This document shows, one piece after another, positions 41,040 through 55,756 of a stretch of 64,000 bases of DNA. Below the pieces are notes generated by a model. The model had not been told where the DNA came from, did not search any database, and worked only from the letters and a program-made list of their open reading frames with translations. Location of the stretch: the NCBI GenBank assembly GCA_964016885.1, contig OZ024752.1, forward strand, positions 22,630,001 to 22,694,000, given 5' to 3'. The stretch comes from Eledone cirrhosa. Taxonomy: Eukaryota. Each line of letters starts with the position of its first letter. Positions within the stretch are counted from its first letter, which is position 1. The position numbers were made by a program, and so were the translations under genes.

Positions 41040-41330
41040 TATACGGGGACTTAAATTCAAAAGAAACCCTTATCGAAGCCAGGGACACCTTATCAACCTT
41101 AAGAATAAAATTAATGGCATAAGTAAGGATAAATATAAAGTGAGATTTATTTAATTATGTCTCATATAAAATAATACACCCGACTATCCACACAATACAA
41201 TATAGTTAGCACTCCAAATGTATAATTGGGAATATACTTAGGTATTTCGTAATGTTTGTTGAGTGAGATGGAAATTGGTCGGAGTATCGCTAATAGCTTT
41301 CTTTGTTAATCTATTAAGTATTTATTTATA
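41040..41330 (+). mobile_element. Inverted chimeric PLE fragment: ORF-like piece joined to a 3' end homologous to the 994-bp unit
   Basis: 41114-41138 matches the reverse complement of ~40938-40962; 41135-41330 aligns with the reverse complement of 5094-5280 (shared aatgtttgttgagtgagatgg). Confidence 0.65.
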
Positions 41331-41433
41331 TATATACACACACACATACATATACACACACACATACACACGTATATACACACACACATACACACGTACA
41401 CACACACTATATACATATATTTATATTTATGCA

Positions 41434-41465
<32 letters not shown>

Positions 41466-41466
41466 C

Positions 41467-41497
<31 letters not shown>

Positions 41498-41639
41498 CAT
41501 ATATATACTTATATATATATACATATATATCTATACAGGGAAAAAGCGGATGTAAAATGAAATGATGATAATGATATATATATACATAAATATATATATA
41601 TGCATATATATATATATACATATATATATACATATATAT

Positions 41640-42897
41640 ATGCATGGCTTTAGACGGGAATTGTCCCACTTGAAGCAAGTATGGTTGTTACGCTCGTATG
41701 GGACTGCCTGGCAGGTTTTCTACGGCTGGATGCCCTTCCTAACACCAACCACTTTTACAGTGTGGACTGGGAGGTTTTAACCGTGTTACCTACACGGCCA
41801 CATTACAGCATGGACTGTATATTTTTTTGTCATGAAACCTACACGACCTCCTTTATTTAGGACTGAATGTGGTACCAGGGGTGGTGTAGATTGGGGTGGG
41901 GGTAGGAGTAGTGGGATGGGGGTGTATTTTTGGTTATTAGGTGCCTACTGACTGTAGGTTTCGCTTTGAACTTAGTCAAGGCGGGTCTTCTGTATTACTG
42001 CATAACGCCAAAGATCTCGTTCCAGTGACGTTGTCTTGGAGAGGTGTAAGTGTGTAAGGTCGGAATTTATCAAATTATCCCAGGTTTTTCTGGATGTGCC
42101 TACTCCGTAGCTTCCATCTATTTTCATCGTCCTGCACTTTTTAATACAGCTGTCGTCTTTCATGCGCATCATGTGACCATACCAACGTACTCTTCTCTCC
42201 AGTAAACAGCATCTGATCCCTCTTATTCCTAATTTCTCACTTAGTTCATTTATGCTTTGCCGTTCACGTATGTTACTATTACACATCCAGCGGAGCATGC
42301 AAGCTTCATTCCTCTCCAATCTGTGCAGATCCTCTGCACACAATGCCCATGTCTCACTGCCATGTAACACTGCTGTTTGTATGCAGGCATCATACAGTCT
42401 GCCTTTCATTTTTAGAGAGAAACCTTTAGCGGCCAATAGTGGTATAAGCTCTCTGAAATTTTTCCATCCTGTTCTGACTTTGGCTACTGTACTTTCAGAG
42501 CACCCTCCACCACTGCTGATTTTGTCACCCAGGTAACGGAAGGTGTCCACTATTTCTATAGAACCATCTGGGCAATGGAAGGAGCTAGTATGCTGTGGGC
42601 ACTTGTTACTACTTATTGCACCTGAGCATCGACCACATATAAAATCTATGTTCTTAGATAGTTTACCTGTGATCCCACTACATCTTTTATGCACCCATAC
42701 TTTGCATTTGGGACATAAAATGGAGTTTCTGCCTACTCCTTTCCTACACACTGAGCATGGCCATTTCCTAGAGGGGACTAGTGCCCTATTTTCCTTCCTA
42801 CATACTAGAACTTTAGTCCTAGACAAGTTAATTTTAAGGCCTTTTGATTCTAGGCCATGCTTCCAAGTTTGGAATTTCTTCTTTAGTTCAGCCATCT
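41640..42897 (-). mobile_element. 5'-truncated RTE LINE
   Basis: 307-aa ORF 41972-42895 with PHD finger, plus 3'UTR. Confidence 0.92.
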
Positions 42898-42909
42898 ACA
42901 TTTATATAC

Positions 42910-42970
<61 letters not shown>

Positions 42971-42974
42971 CATA

Positions 42975-44955
42975 TCATCATCATCATCGTTTAACGCCCA
43001 TATTCCACGCTTGCATGGGTTTGGACAGGTATTTTCCCACTTGAGGTAAGAGTGGTTGTCTTGTTCGCATAGGACTGTCTGGCGGGTTTTCTACGGCTGG
43101 ATGCCCTTCCTAACACCAACCGCATTTACAGCGTGGAACTGGGAGGTTTTTACCGTGTTACCTACACGGCCACATTACAGCGTGGACTGTGTTTTTTTTT
43201 CGTGACACCTACACGACCTCATTTGTTTCGGGCTGGATGTTGTGGTACCAACATAACTTTACATTGAAAGGGATGGTGTAGATGGGGTGGGGGTAGTGGG
43301 ACGGGGGGGGGGGGGGTATTTTGTTAGAGATGCCTACTGACTGTAGTAGGTTTCACTTTGTACTTAGGTAAGGCGGGTCTTCTCTATTACTGTGTAGCAC
43401 CAAAGCTCTCGGTCCAGTGACATTGTCTTGGAGAGGTGTAAGTGTGTGAGGTCGGAATTTATCAAGTCGTCCCAGGTTTTTCTGGGTCTGCCTACTCCGT
43501 GGCTACCGTCTATTTTTATTGCCCTGCACTTTTTCATACCGCTGTCGTCTTTCATGTGCATCACGTGACCATACCAATGTAGCCTTCTCTCGAGTAAACA
43601 ACATCTGATCCCTCTTATTTCTAATATTTCCCTTAGCTCGCTTATGCTTTGCCATTCATGTATATTACTATTACACATCCAGCGGAGAATGCAAGCTTCG
43701 TTCCTCTCCAGTCTGCGTATATCCTCTGCACACAATGCACATGTCTCACTGCCATGCAACATTGCTGTTCGTATGCAGGTTAATTTTAAGGCCTTTTGAT
43801 TCTAGGCCATGCTTCCATGTTTGGAATTTCTTCTGTAGTTCGGCCATTGATTCAGCTATGAGCGTTAGATCATCTGCGTATAGGAGTTCCCACGGGCAGC
43901 CGGTCTTCTACTCCACTGTTATAGCCTGAAGGACGATAATAAATAGTAGGGGGCTAAGAACGGAGCCCTGATGAACACCAACTTTTACGCTAAACTCTTC
44001 GCTATATTCGTTGTTAATTCTAACCTTGCTGACTGTTTCTTTATACATGGCTTGTATAGCTCTCACAAGCCATTCATCAACACCTAGTTTTCTAAGAGCC
44101 CACCAGATAATGGAACGGGGGACTCTGCCGAAGGCTTTCTCCAAGTCGACAAAAGCTAAGTATAGGGGTTTACTTTTAGCTAGGTACTTCTCCTGTAGTT
44201 CTCGTACAATGAAAAGAGCGTCTGTGGTACTTTTGCCTGACACAAACCCGAACTGCATTTCATCTAGATCAATTCTCTCTCTGATTAGTTACGCTATTAC
44301 TTTTTCTGTGACCTTCATGACCTGGTCGATTAATTTAATGCCTCTATAGTTACCCGTATCTAAGGCATCTCCTTTAACCTTGTAGCAGTTAATCATGATG
44401 CTGCTACGCCAGTCCTTTGGAACAACCCCATTCTGTATGACTTGGTTACTATCCGGGTGACCATGGTGTGTCCCACCGTTCCAGAAGCTTTCAGCATTTC
44501 AGCAACTATTTCCGAAGGCCCAGCCGCCTTACCCGTCTTTATATCTTTGATTGCCTTACTTATTATACTACCTTCGACTAACACTGCTGGTCCCTCTATT
44601 GGATCGATGTGGGGAAGACTGTCTTTCTCCCATTTATTCTCCTCATTTAGTAGCCTTTCGTAGTGACACTTCCAAGCTACCTTCTTATCAGTGTCGGTGA
44701 TGGCAAGTACGCCGTCATCATTAAGTACACACTTCTCCCCGACAATATCATGGTTTTCCTTGACACATTGCCTAGCAATCCTGAACACCTCACGTTTTTG
44801 GTCCTCGCGTTGTAGAACATGCTTGAACTTTCTTTCCTCTGCTTCCCTTCTTGCGAAGTACACTTGTCTCCTAGCTTCCCTACTGGCCACTTGATAGTCT
44901 TCTCTACTTCCCCCATCCCGCCATACTTTCCAAGCCTGCTTTTTGGCCTTAATTG
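42975..44955 (-). mobile_element. 5'-truncated RTE LINE with ~440-bp internal deletion
   Basis: RT ORF pieces 43908-44955; the junction at ~43778 skips the PHD region. Confidence 0.92.
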
Positions 44956-46139
<1,184 letters not shown>

Positions 46140-47168
46140 TGCGAGCAAGACAACCACTCTTGCCTCAAGTGGGAAAACTCCCGTCCAAACCCATGCGAGC
46201 GTGTAATATGGACGTTAAACGAAGATGATGATGATATATATATACATATATATACATATATATACATATATATATATATATACATATATATACATATATA
46301 TATATATACATATATATACATATATATACATATATATATATATACATATATATACTTAGGTCAGTGTTGTTTCTTTGGGTGTTGTTGTTATTCCATTCAT
46401 TATATAAACAGACTAAATAAAGATGGCGTAGAAAATACAATGTAACGGAAGGAAACAATAGCACCACTGACGATGTTGCAGATGTGCAACGAAAGAACTT
46501 TCATAAACTATATATATGTGTTTGTGTGTATATTGTATCTGTATTATTTTTGACCGTTGGTCAGTCAATGGCAACATTGAGGACCGAATAAATTAGATTA
46601 CCGATATAAAAGTCACAGAAGCGAAAAGCGAAAACCAACCAAACAGTGAGTGTATTCTGTTATTAATTCTGGCAATATTACACAAATGACCCTCCCCAAG
46701 TATAACAATGTTTGTTTCGACACACGATTTCATATCAAAAACTTCCCAAAACTAATTCATATATATATATATATATATATATACTTAATATACATATATA
46801 CACATATTTATATATATATACTTAATATACATATATACACATATATATATACATATACATATATACACATATATATATACATATACATATATATACATAT
46901 ATATATACATATATGTACATATACACATATATACATATATATATACATATATATATATATACATACATATATATATCATGATCATCATCATCATCGTTTA
47001 ACGTCCATGTTCCAAGCTTGCATGGGTTTGGACGGGAGTTTTCCCACTTGAGGCAAGAGTGGTTGTCTTGCTCGCATAGGACTGTCTGGCGGGTTTTCTA
47101 CAGCTGGATGCCCTTCCTAACACCAACCACATTTACAGTGTTTTTTTTGTCGTGACACATATACATAC

Positions 47169-47241
<73 letters not shown>

Positions 47242-47305
47242 TATACATATATATATATACATATATATATACATATACATATATATATATATACATATAC
47301 ATATA

Positions 47306-47338
<33 letters not shown>

Positions 47339-47393
47339 CTACACATATATATATATACATATATACATATATATATATACATATATATATATA

Positions 47394-47660
47394 GAGGGAC
47401 CAGCAGTGCAAGTTGAAGGTAGTATAATAAGAAAGGCGATCAAATGAAGACAGGCAAGGCGGCTGGGCATTCAGAAATAGTTGCCGAAATGCTGAAAGCA
47501 TCTGGAACGGTGGGACACACTATGGTCACCCGGATAGTAAACCAAGTCATACAGAATGGGGTCGTTCCGAAAGACTGGCGCAGCAGCATCATCATAAACT
47601 GCTACAAACCCATGCAAGCGTGGAACACGGACGTTAAACGATGATGATGATGATGATGAT
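47394..47660 (+). mobile_element. RTE deletion derivative: internal RT segment fused directly to the 3' tail
   Basis: KTGKAAG..IINCYK runs straight into cccatgcaagcgtggaacacggacgttaaacgatgatg. Confidence 0.85.
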
Positions 47661-47662
47661 AC

Positions 47663-47743
<81 letters not shown>

Positions 47744-47832
47744 CATATATATACATATATATATATACATATATATATACATATACATATATATATATAT
47801 ACATATACATATATATATATATATATATATAC

Positions 47833-50800
47833 ATATAAAGGACGTAAAATAAAAAAATATTTTTTTAAAAAAAATTCAAAAAAAAAAAATTTTTTTCTTA
47901 CTTAAATTTTCACTCCAACTAATTAGTTTCTGCAATGGGATAAAGACAGTTACGTAATTCAACTGTCGAGAATTCATTGCGTCATCAGGAAGTCTATTCT
48001 CAGTTAAGTCTCCAGGCAATGCGCGGACACTGGCGGCTCATATAAAAATAATAATAATTCGGTAGATCGAACAGCTTGCGAGGACTGAATTCTATGTACC
48101 GAAATTCTCACTGCTTCAAGTCAAATGGCCGATTCTAAAGAATCAATCACGTGACACAGAGGCTAGTTAGAAGGAATGGGATGGTAAGATGACTGACGCC
48201 TACTAACACCCCAAAAAAATTTTTTTAGAAGTGGTTTTGACAAGTTTGCTCGACAAATCAGTGATTTGGAGATAAATATAGATAATTTAATATATCAACT
48301 AACATAAGCGCACAGATGCACGCCCATGCCAGCAAATACACAGGTTATGTCATAGTACCTAGGTGGTTCAATGCAGGAGAATGCAGAACAATAATATAAA
48401 GGACGTAAAATAAAAAAATATTTTTTTTAAAAAAATTCAAAAAAAAATTTTTTTCTTACTTAAATTTTCACTCCAACTAATTAGTTTCTGCAATGGGATA
48501 AAGACAGTTACGTAATTCAACTGTCGAGAATTCATTGCGTCATCAGGAAGTCTATTCTCAGTTAAGTCTCCAGGCAATGCGCGGACACTGGCGGCTCATA
48601 TAAAAATAATAATAATTCGGTAGATCGAACAGCTTGCGAGGACTGAATTCTATGTACCGAAATTCTCACTGCTTCAAGTCAAATGGCCGATTCTAAAGAA
48701 TCAATCACGTGACACAGAGGCTAGTTAGAAGGAATGGGATGGTAAGATGACTGACGCCTACTAACACCCCAAAAAAATTTTTTTAGAAGTGGTTTTGACA
48801 AGTTTGCTCGACAAATCAGTGATTTGGAGATAAATATAGATAATTTAATATATCAACTAACATAAGCGCACAGATGCACGCCCATGCCAGCAAATACACA
48901 GGTTATGTCATAGTACCTAGGTGGTTCAATGCAGGAGAATGCAGAACAATAATATAAAGGACGTAAAATAAAAAAATATTTTTTTAAAAAAATATTTTTT
49001 TAAAAAAAATTCAAAAAAAAAAATTTTTTTCTTACTTAAATTTTCACTCCAACTAATTAGTTTCTGCAATGGGATAAAGACAGTTACGTAATTCAACTGT
49101 CGAGAATTCATTGCGTCATCAGGAAGTCTATTCTCAGTTAAGTCTCCAGGCAATGCGCGGACACTGGCGGCTCATATAAAAATAATAATAATTCGGTAGA
49201 TCGAACAGCTTGCGAGGACTGAATTCTATGTACCGAAATTCTCACTGCTTCAAGTCAAATGGCCGATTCTAAAGAATCAATCACGTGACACAGAGGCTAG
49301 TTAGAAGGAATGGGATGGTAAGATGACTGACGCCTACTAACACCCCAAAAAAATTTTTTTAGAAGTGGTTTTGACAAGTTTGCTCGACAAATCAGTGATT
49401 TGGAGATAAATATAGATAATTTAATATATCAACTAACATAAGCGCACAGATGCACGCCCATGCCAGCAAATACACAGGTTATGTCATAGTACCTAGGTGG
49501 TTCAATGCAGGAGAATGCAGAACAATAATATAAAGGACGTAAAATAAAAAAATATTTTTTTAAAAAAAATTCAAAAAAAAAAATTTTTTTCTTACTTAAA
49601 TTTTCACTCCAACTAATTAGTTTCTGCAATGGGATAAAGACAGTTACGTAATTCAACTGTCGAGAATTCATTGCGTCATCAGGAAGTCTATTCTCAGTTA
49701 AGTCTCCAGGCAATGCGCGGACACTGGCGGCTCATATAAAAATAATAATAATTCGGTAGATCGAACAGCTTGCGAGGACTGAATTCTATGTACCGAAATT
49801 CTCACTGCTTCAAGTCAAATGGCCGATTCTAAAGAATCAATCACGTGACACAGAGGCTAGTTAGAAGGAATGGGATGGTAAGATGACTGACGCCTACTAA
49901 CACCCCAAAAAAATTTTTTTAGAAGTGGTTTTGACAAGTTTGCTCGACAAATCAGTGATTTGGAGATAAATATAGATAATTTAATATATCAACTAACATA
50001 AGCGCACAGATGCACGCCCATGCCTGCAAATACACAGGTTATGTCATAGTACCTAGGTGGTTCAATGCAGGAGAATGCAGAACAATAATATAAAGGACGT
50101 AAAATAAAAAAATATTTTTTTAAAAAAAATTCAAAAAAAAAAAAATTTTTTTCTTACTTAAATTTTCACTCCAACTAATTAGTTTCTGCAATGGGATAAA
50201 GACAGTTACGTAATTCAACTGTCGAGAATTCATTGCGTCATCAGGAAGTCTATTCTCAGTTAAGTCTCCAGGCAATGCGCGGACACTGGCGGCTCATATA
50301 AAAATAATAATAATTCGGTAGATCGAACAGCTTGCGAGGACTGAATTCTATGTACCGAAATTCTCACTGCTTCAAGTCAAATGGCCGATTCTAAAGAATC
50401 AATCACGTGACACAGAGGCTAGTTAGAAGGAATGGGATGGTAAGATGACTGACGCCTACTAACACCCCAAAAAATATATATTACGTAACTGTCTTTATCC
50501 CATTGCAGAAACTAATTAGTTGGAGTGAAAATTTAAGTAAGAAAAAAATTTTTTTTTTTTGAATTTTTTTTAAAAAAATATTTTTTTATTTTACGTCCTT
50601 TATATTATTGTTCTGCATTCTCCTGCATTGAACCACCTAGGTACTATGACATAACCTGTGTATTTGCTGGCATGGGCGTGCATCTGTGCGCTTATGTTAG
50701 TTGATATATTAAATTATCTATATTTATCTCCAAATCACTGATTTGTCGAGCAAACTTGTCAAAACCACTTCTAAAAAAATTTTTTTGGGGTGTTAGTAGG

Positions 50801-53800
50801 CGTCAGTCATCTTACCATCCCATTCCTTCTAACTAGCCTCTGTGTCACGTGATTGATTCTTTAGAATCGGCCATTTGACTTGAAGCAGTGAGAATTTCGG
50901 TACATAGAATTCAGTCCTCGCAAGCTGTTCGATCTACCGAATTATTATTATTTTTATATGAGCCGCCAGTGTCCGCGCATTGCCTGGAGACTTAACTGAG
51001 AATAGACTTCCTGATGACGCAATGAATTCTCGACAGTTGAATTACGTAACTGTCTTTATCCCATTGCAGAAACTAATTAGTTGGAGTGAAAATTTAAGTA
51101 AGAAAAAAATTTTTTTTTTTTTGAATTTTTTTTAAAAAAATATTTTTTTATTTTACGTCCTTTATATTATTGTTCTGCATTCTCCTGCATTGAACCACCT
51201 AGGTACTATGACATAACCTGTGTATTTGCTGGCATGGGCGTGCATCTGTGCGCTTATGTTAGTTGATATATTAAATTATCTATATTTATCTCCAAATCAC
51301 TGATTTGTCGAGCAAACTTGTCAAAACCACTTCTAAAAAAATTTTTTTGGGGTGTTAGTAGGCGTCAGTCATCTTACCATCCCATTCCTTCTAACTAGCC
51401 TCTGTGTCACGTGATTGATTCTTTAGAATCGGCCATTTGACTTGAAGCAGTGAGAATTTCGGTACATAGAATTCAGTCCTCGCAAGCTGTTCGATCTACC
51501 GAATTATTATTATTTTTATATGAGCCGCCAGTGTCCGCGCATTGCCTGGAGACTTAACTGAGAATAGACTTCCTGATGACGCAATGAATTCTCGACAGTT
51601 GAATTACGTAACTGTCTTTATCCCATTGCAGAAACTAATTAGTTGGAGTGAAAATTTAAGTAAGAAAAAAATTTTTTTTTTTTGAATTTTTTTTAAAAAA
51701 ATATTTTTTTATTTTACGTCCTTTATATTATTGTTCTGCATTCTCCTGCATTGAACCACCTAGGTACTATGACATAACCTGTGTATTTGCTGGCATGGGC
51801 GTGCATCTGTGCGCTTATGTTAGTTGATATATTAAATTATCTATATTTATCTCCAAATCACTGATTTGTCGAGCAAACTTGTCAAAACCACTTCTAAAAA
51901 AATTTTTTTGGGGTGTTAGTAGGCGTCAGTCATCTTACCATCCCATTCCTTCTAACTAGCCTCTGTGTCACGTGATTGATTCTTTAGAATCGGCCATTTG
52001 ACTTGAAGCAGTGAGAATTTCGGTACATAGAATTCAGTCCTCGCAAGCTGTTCGATCTACCGAATTATTATTATTTTTATATGAGCCGCCAGTGTCCGCG
52101 CATTGCCTGGAGACTTAACTGAGAATAGACTTCCTGATGACGCAATGAATTCTCGACAGTTGAATTACGTAACTGTCTTTATCCCATTGCAGAAACTAAT
52201 TAGTTGGAGTGAAAATTTAAGTAAGAAAAAAATTTTTTTTTTGAATTTTTTTAAAAAAAATATTTTTTTATTTTACGTCCTTTATATTATTGTTCTGCAT
52301 TCTCCTGCATTGAACCACCTAGGTACTATGACATAACCTGTGTATTTGCTGGCATGGGCGTGCATCTGTGCGCTTATGTTAGTTGATATATTAAATTATC
52401 TATATTTATCTCCAAATCACTGATTTGTCGAGCAAACTTGTCAAAACCACTTCTAAAAAAATTTTTTTGGGGTGTTAGTAGGCGTCAGTCATCTTACCAT
52501 CCCATTCCTTCTAACTAGCCTCTGTGTCACGTGATTGATTCTTTAGAATCGGCCATTTGACTTGAAGCAGTGAGAATTTCGGTACATAGAATTCAGTCCT
52601 CGCAAGCTGTTCGATCTACCGAATTATTATTATTTTTATATGAGCCGCCAGTGTCCGCGCATTGCCTGGAGACTTAACTGAGAATAGACTTCCTGATGAC
52701 GCAATGAATTCTCGACAGTTGAATTACGTAACTGTCTTTATCCCATTGCAGAAACTAATTAGTTGGAGTGAAAATTTAAGTAAGAAAAAAATTTTTTTTT
52801 TGAATTTTTTTTAAAAAAATATTTTTTTATTTTACGTCCTTTATATTATTGTTCTGCATTCTCCTGCATTGAACCACCTAGGTACTATGACATAACCTGT
52901 GTATTTGCTGGCATGGGCGTGCATCTGTGCGCTTATGTTAGTTGATATATTAAATTATCTATATTTATCTCCAAATCACTGATTTGTCGAGCAAACTTGT
53001 CAAAACCACTTCTAAAAAAATTTTTTTGGGGTGTTAGTAGGCGTCAGTCATCTTACCATCCCATTCCTTCTAACTAGCCTCTGTGTCACGTGATTGATTC
53101 TTTAGAATCGGCCATTTGACTTGAAGCAGTGAGAATTTCGGTACATAGAATTCAGTCCTCGCAAGCTGTTCGATCTACCGAATTATTATTATTTTTATAT
53201 GAGCCGCCAGTGTCCGTGCATTGCCTGGAGACTTAACTGAGAATAGACTTCCTGATGACGCAATGAATTCTCGACAGTTGAATTACGTAACTGTCTTTAT
53301 CCCATTGCAGAAACTAATTAGTTGGAGTGAAAATTTAAGTAAGAAAAAAATTTTTTTTTTTTTTTGAATTTTTTTAAAAAAAATATTTTTTTATTTTACG
53401 TCCTTTATATTATTGTTCTGCATTCTCCTGCATTGAACCACCTAGGTACTATGACATAACCTGTGTATTTGCTGGCATGGGCGTGCATCTGTGCGCTTAT
53501 GTTAGTTGATATATTAAATTATCTATATTTATCTCCAAATCACTGATTTGTCGAGCAAACTTGTCAAAACCACTTCTAAAAAAATTTTTTTGGGGTGTTA
53601 GTAGGCGTCAGTCATCTTACCATCCCATTCCTTCTAACTAGCCTCTGTGTCACGTGATTGATTCTTTAGAATCGGCCATTTGACTTGAAGCAGTGAGAAT
53701 TTCGGTACATAGAATTCAGTCCTCGCAAGCTGTTCGATCTACCGAATTATTATTATTTTTATATGAGCCGCCAGTGTCCGCGCATTGCCTGGAGACTTAA

Positions 53801-54646
53801 CTGAGAATAGACTTCCTGATGACGCAATGAATTCTCGACAGTTGAATTACGTAACTGTCTTTATCCCATTGCAGAAACTAATTAGTTGGAGTGAAAATTT
53901 AAGTAAGAAAAAAATTTTTTTTTTTGAATTTTTTTTAAAAAAATATTTTTTTATTTTACGTCCTTTATATTATTGTTCTGCATTCTCCTGCATTGAACCA
54001 CCTAGGTACTATGACATAACCTGTGTATTTGCTGGCATGGGCGTGCATCTGTGCGCTTATGTTAGTTGATATATTAAATTATCTATATTTATCTCCAAAT
54101 CACTGATTTGTCGAGCAAACTTGTCAAAACCACTTCTAAAAAAATTTTTTTGGGGTGTTAGTAGGCGTCAGTCATCTTACCATCCCATTCCTTCTAACTA
54201 GCCTCTGTGTCACGTGATTGATTCTTTAGAATCGGCCATTTGACTTGAAGCAGTGAGAATTTCGGTACATAGAATTCAGTCCTCGCAAGCTGTTCGATCT
54301 ACCGAATTATTATTATTTTTATATGAGCCGCCAGTGTCCGCGCATTGCCTGGAGACTTAACTGAGAATAGACTTCCTGATGACGCAATGAATTCTCGACA
54401 GTTGAATTACGTAACTGTCTTTATCCCATTGCAGAAACTAATTAGTTGGAGTGAAAATTTAAGTAAGAAAAAAATTTTTTTTTTTTGAATTTTTTTTAAA
54501 AAAATATTTTTTTATTTTACGTCCTTTATATTATTGTTCTGCATTCTCCTGCATTGAACCACCTAGGTACTATGACATAACCTGTGTATTTGCTGGCATG
54601 GGCGTGCATCTGTGCGCTTATGTTAGTTGATATATTAAATTATCTA
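47833..54646. repeat. ~560-bp tandem array, ~12 units, with central inversion (minus arm 47833-50474, plus arm 50480-54646); one hammerhead per unit
   Basis: Periods of 558-576 bp varying mainly in A/T runs; 5 complete hammerheads on minus and 7 on plus. Confidence 0.95.
51006..51087 (+). ncRNA. Type I hammerhead with long stem II (representative of 12)
   Basis: acttc-CTGATGA-c-gcaatg..gacagtt/aactgtc..cattgc-a-GAAA-ctaattag-TT-ggagt. Confidence 0.8.
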
Positions 54647-54657
54647 TATATATATAC

Positions 54658-54696
<39 letters not shown>

Positions 54697-54699
54697 CAT

Positions 54700-55756
54700 A
54701 ATTTGCCTAAACCACTCAACAACCTCTTTCCTAGATATAACATTAAATCTCAACACATGTCTCCACTATCCTTTTCACAAGTTGAATGAGAACTTAAACT
54801 ATGTCAACTTTAACTCTAACCACCCCAGATCTGTCAGAAACACTATAGTAAACTCAGTCCAAAAGCGTATCTCTAGGATCTCGTCGAATAGAAAGATTTT
54901 TGACGAAAAGGCCCAATACTATAATGATGCACTAGCTAGGGCAGGGTATGCTGATAAGATTGTGTACATAGATAATGATAAACAAACTAAACAAAGTAAC
55001 AACTTTTTTAATTATGGCAACAACATTAACAACTATAATAGAAAGCATTACAATAATTCCAAAGGACAAAAAAGAAATAGAACTAGGAACATAATTTGGT
55101 TTGCCCCCCCTTTCTCACTAAACATTAAAACCCACATCGCTAAATTATTTTTCAAAGCTCTTGATAATCGCTTCCCTAGAACACATAGGTACCACTCAAT
55201 CTTCAATAGGCATACAATTAAATTAACCTATTCATCCACCAAAAATTTAGCACAAAATATTAATAGAATAAATAATAGGAACTTAAAACCTACTGATAAT
55301 AGCATAAATAATATACAAGTTAACAAATGTAACTGTAGAGATAGATCTAAATGTCCGTTAAATAACAACTGCTTAGTTAAAAATATAGTATACAATTGTA
55401 ATGTTAATACTGACTCTAATTCTTTTAACTACGTCGGTTCCACATCGACGGAATTTAAACTTCGCTATAATAACCACAAGAATTCTTTCACAGATCCAAA
55501 TAAAAAATCTTCAACGGCACTATCAGGTGTACTCTGGCAACTTAAGCTAGATAACGTTAGATATTCGACGGCTTGGAATATAGTCTCAAGAGGGATTCCT
55601 TTTAATTCATCCTCTGAGACATGTGACCTCTGCGCAGAGGAGATATTCTTTATACTAAAATCTAAAAATTCCCTTAACCTACGGACAAATTTATTCAGTT
55701 GTTGCAAACATAGATTAAACTCAACGTTTAAATATAAATTTAAATTTAAAATGTAG
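54700..55756 (+). CDS. PLE ORF C-terminal part (SFLDITL, SNHP, WFAPPFS, CxCx5C, GIY-YIG)
   Basis: Open frame within ORF 54584-55756; the first ~39 aa come from flanking repeats. Confidence 0.88.

Noticed and set aside
46461-46510. Hammerhead-like CTGACGA-t-gttgca/tgcaac-GAAA
   Set aside because: Core and stem II are present, but I could not find a pairing stem I around a cleavage triplet.
48926-54069. Repeated 75-94 aa ORF MPGDLTENRL... in the 560-bp units
   Set aside because: Starts at TTG, and its frame changes between units with homopolymer length; it overlaps the hammerhead.
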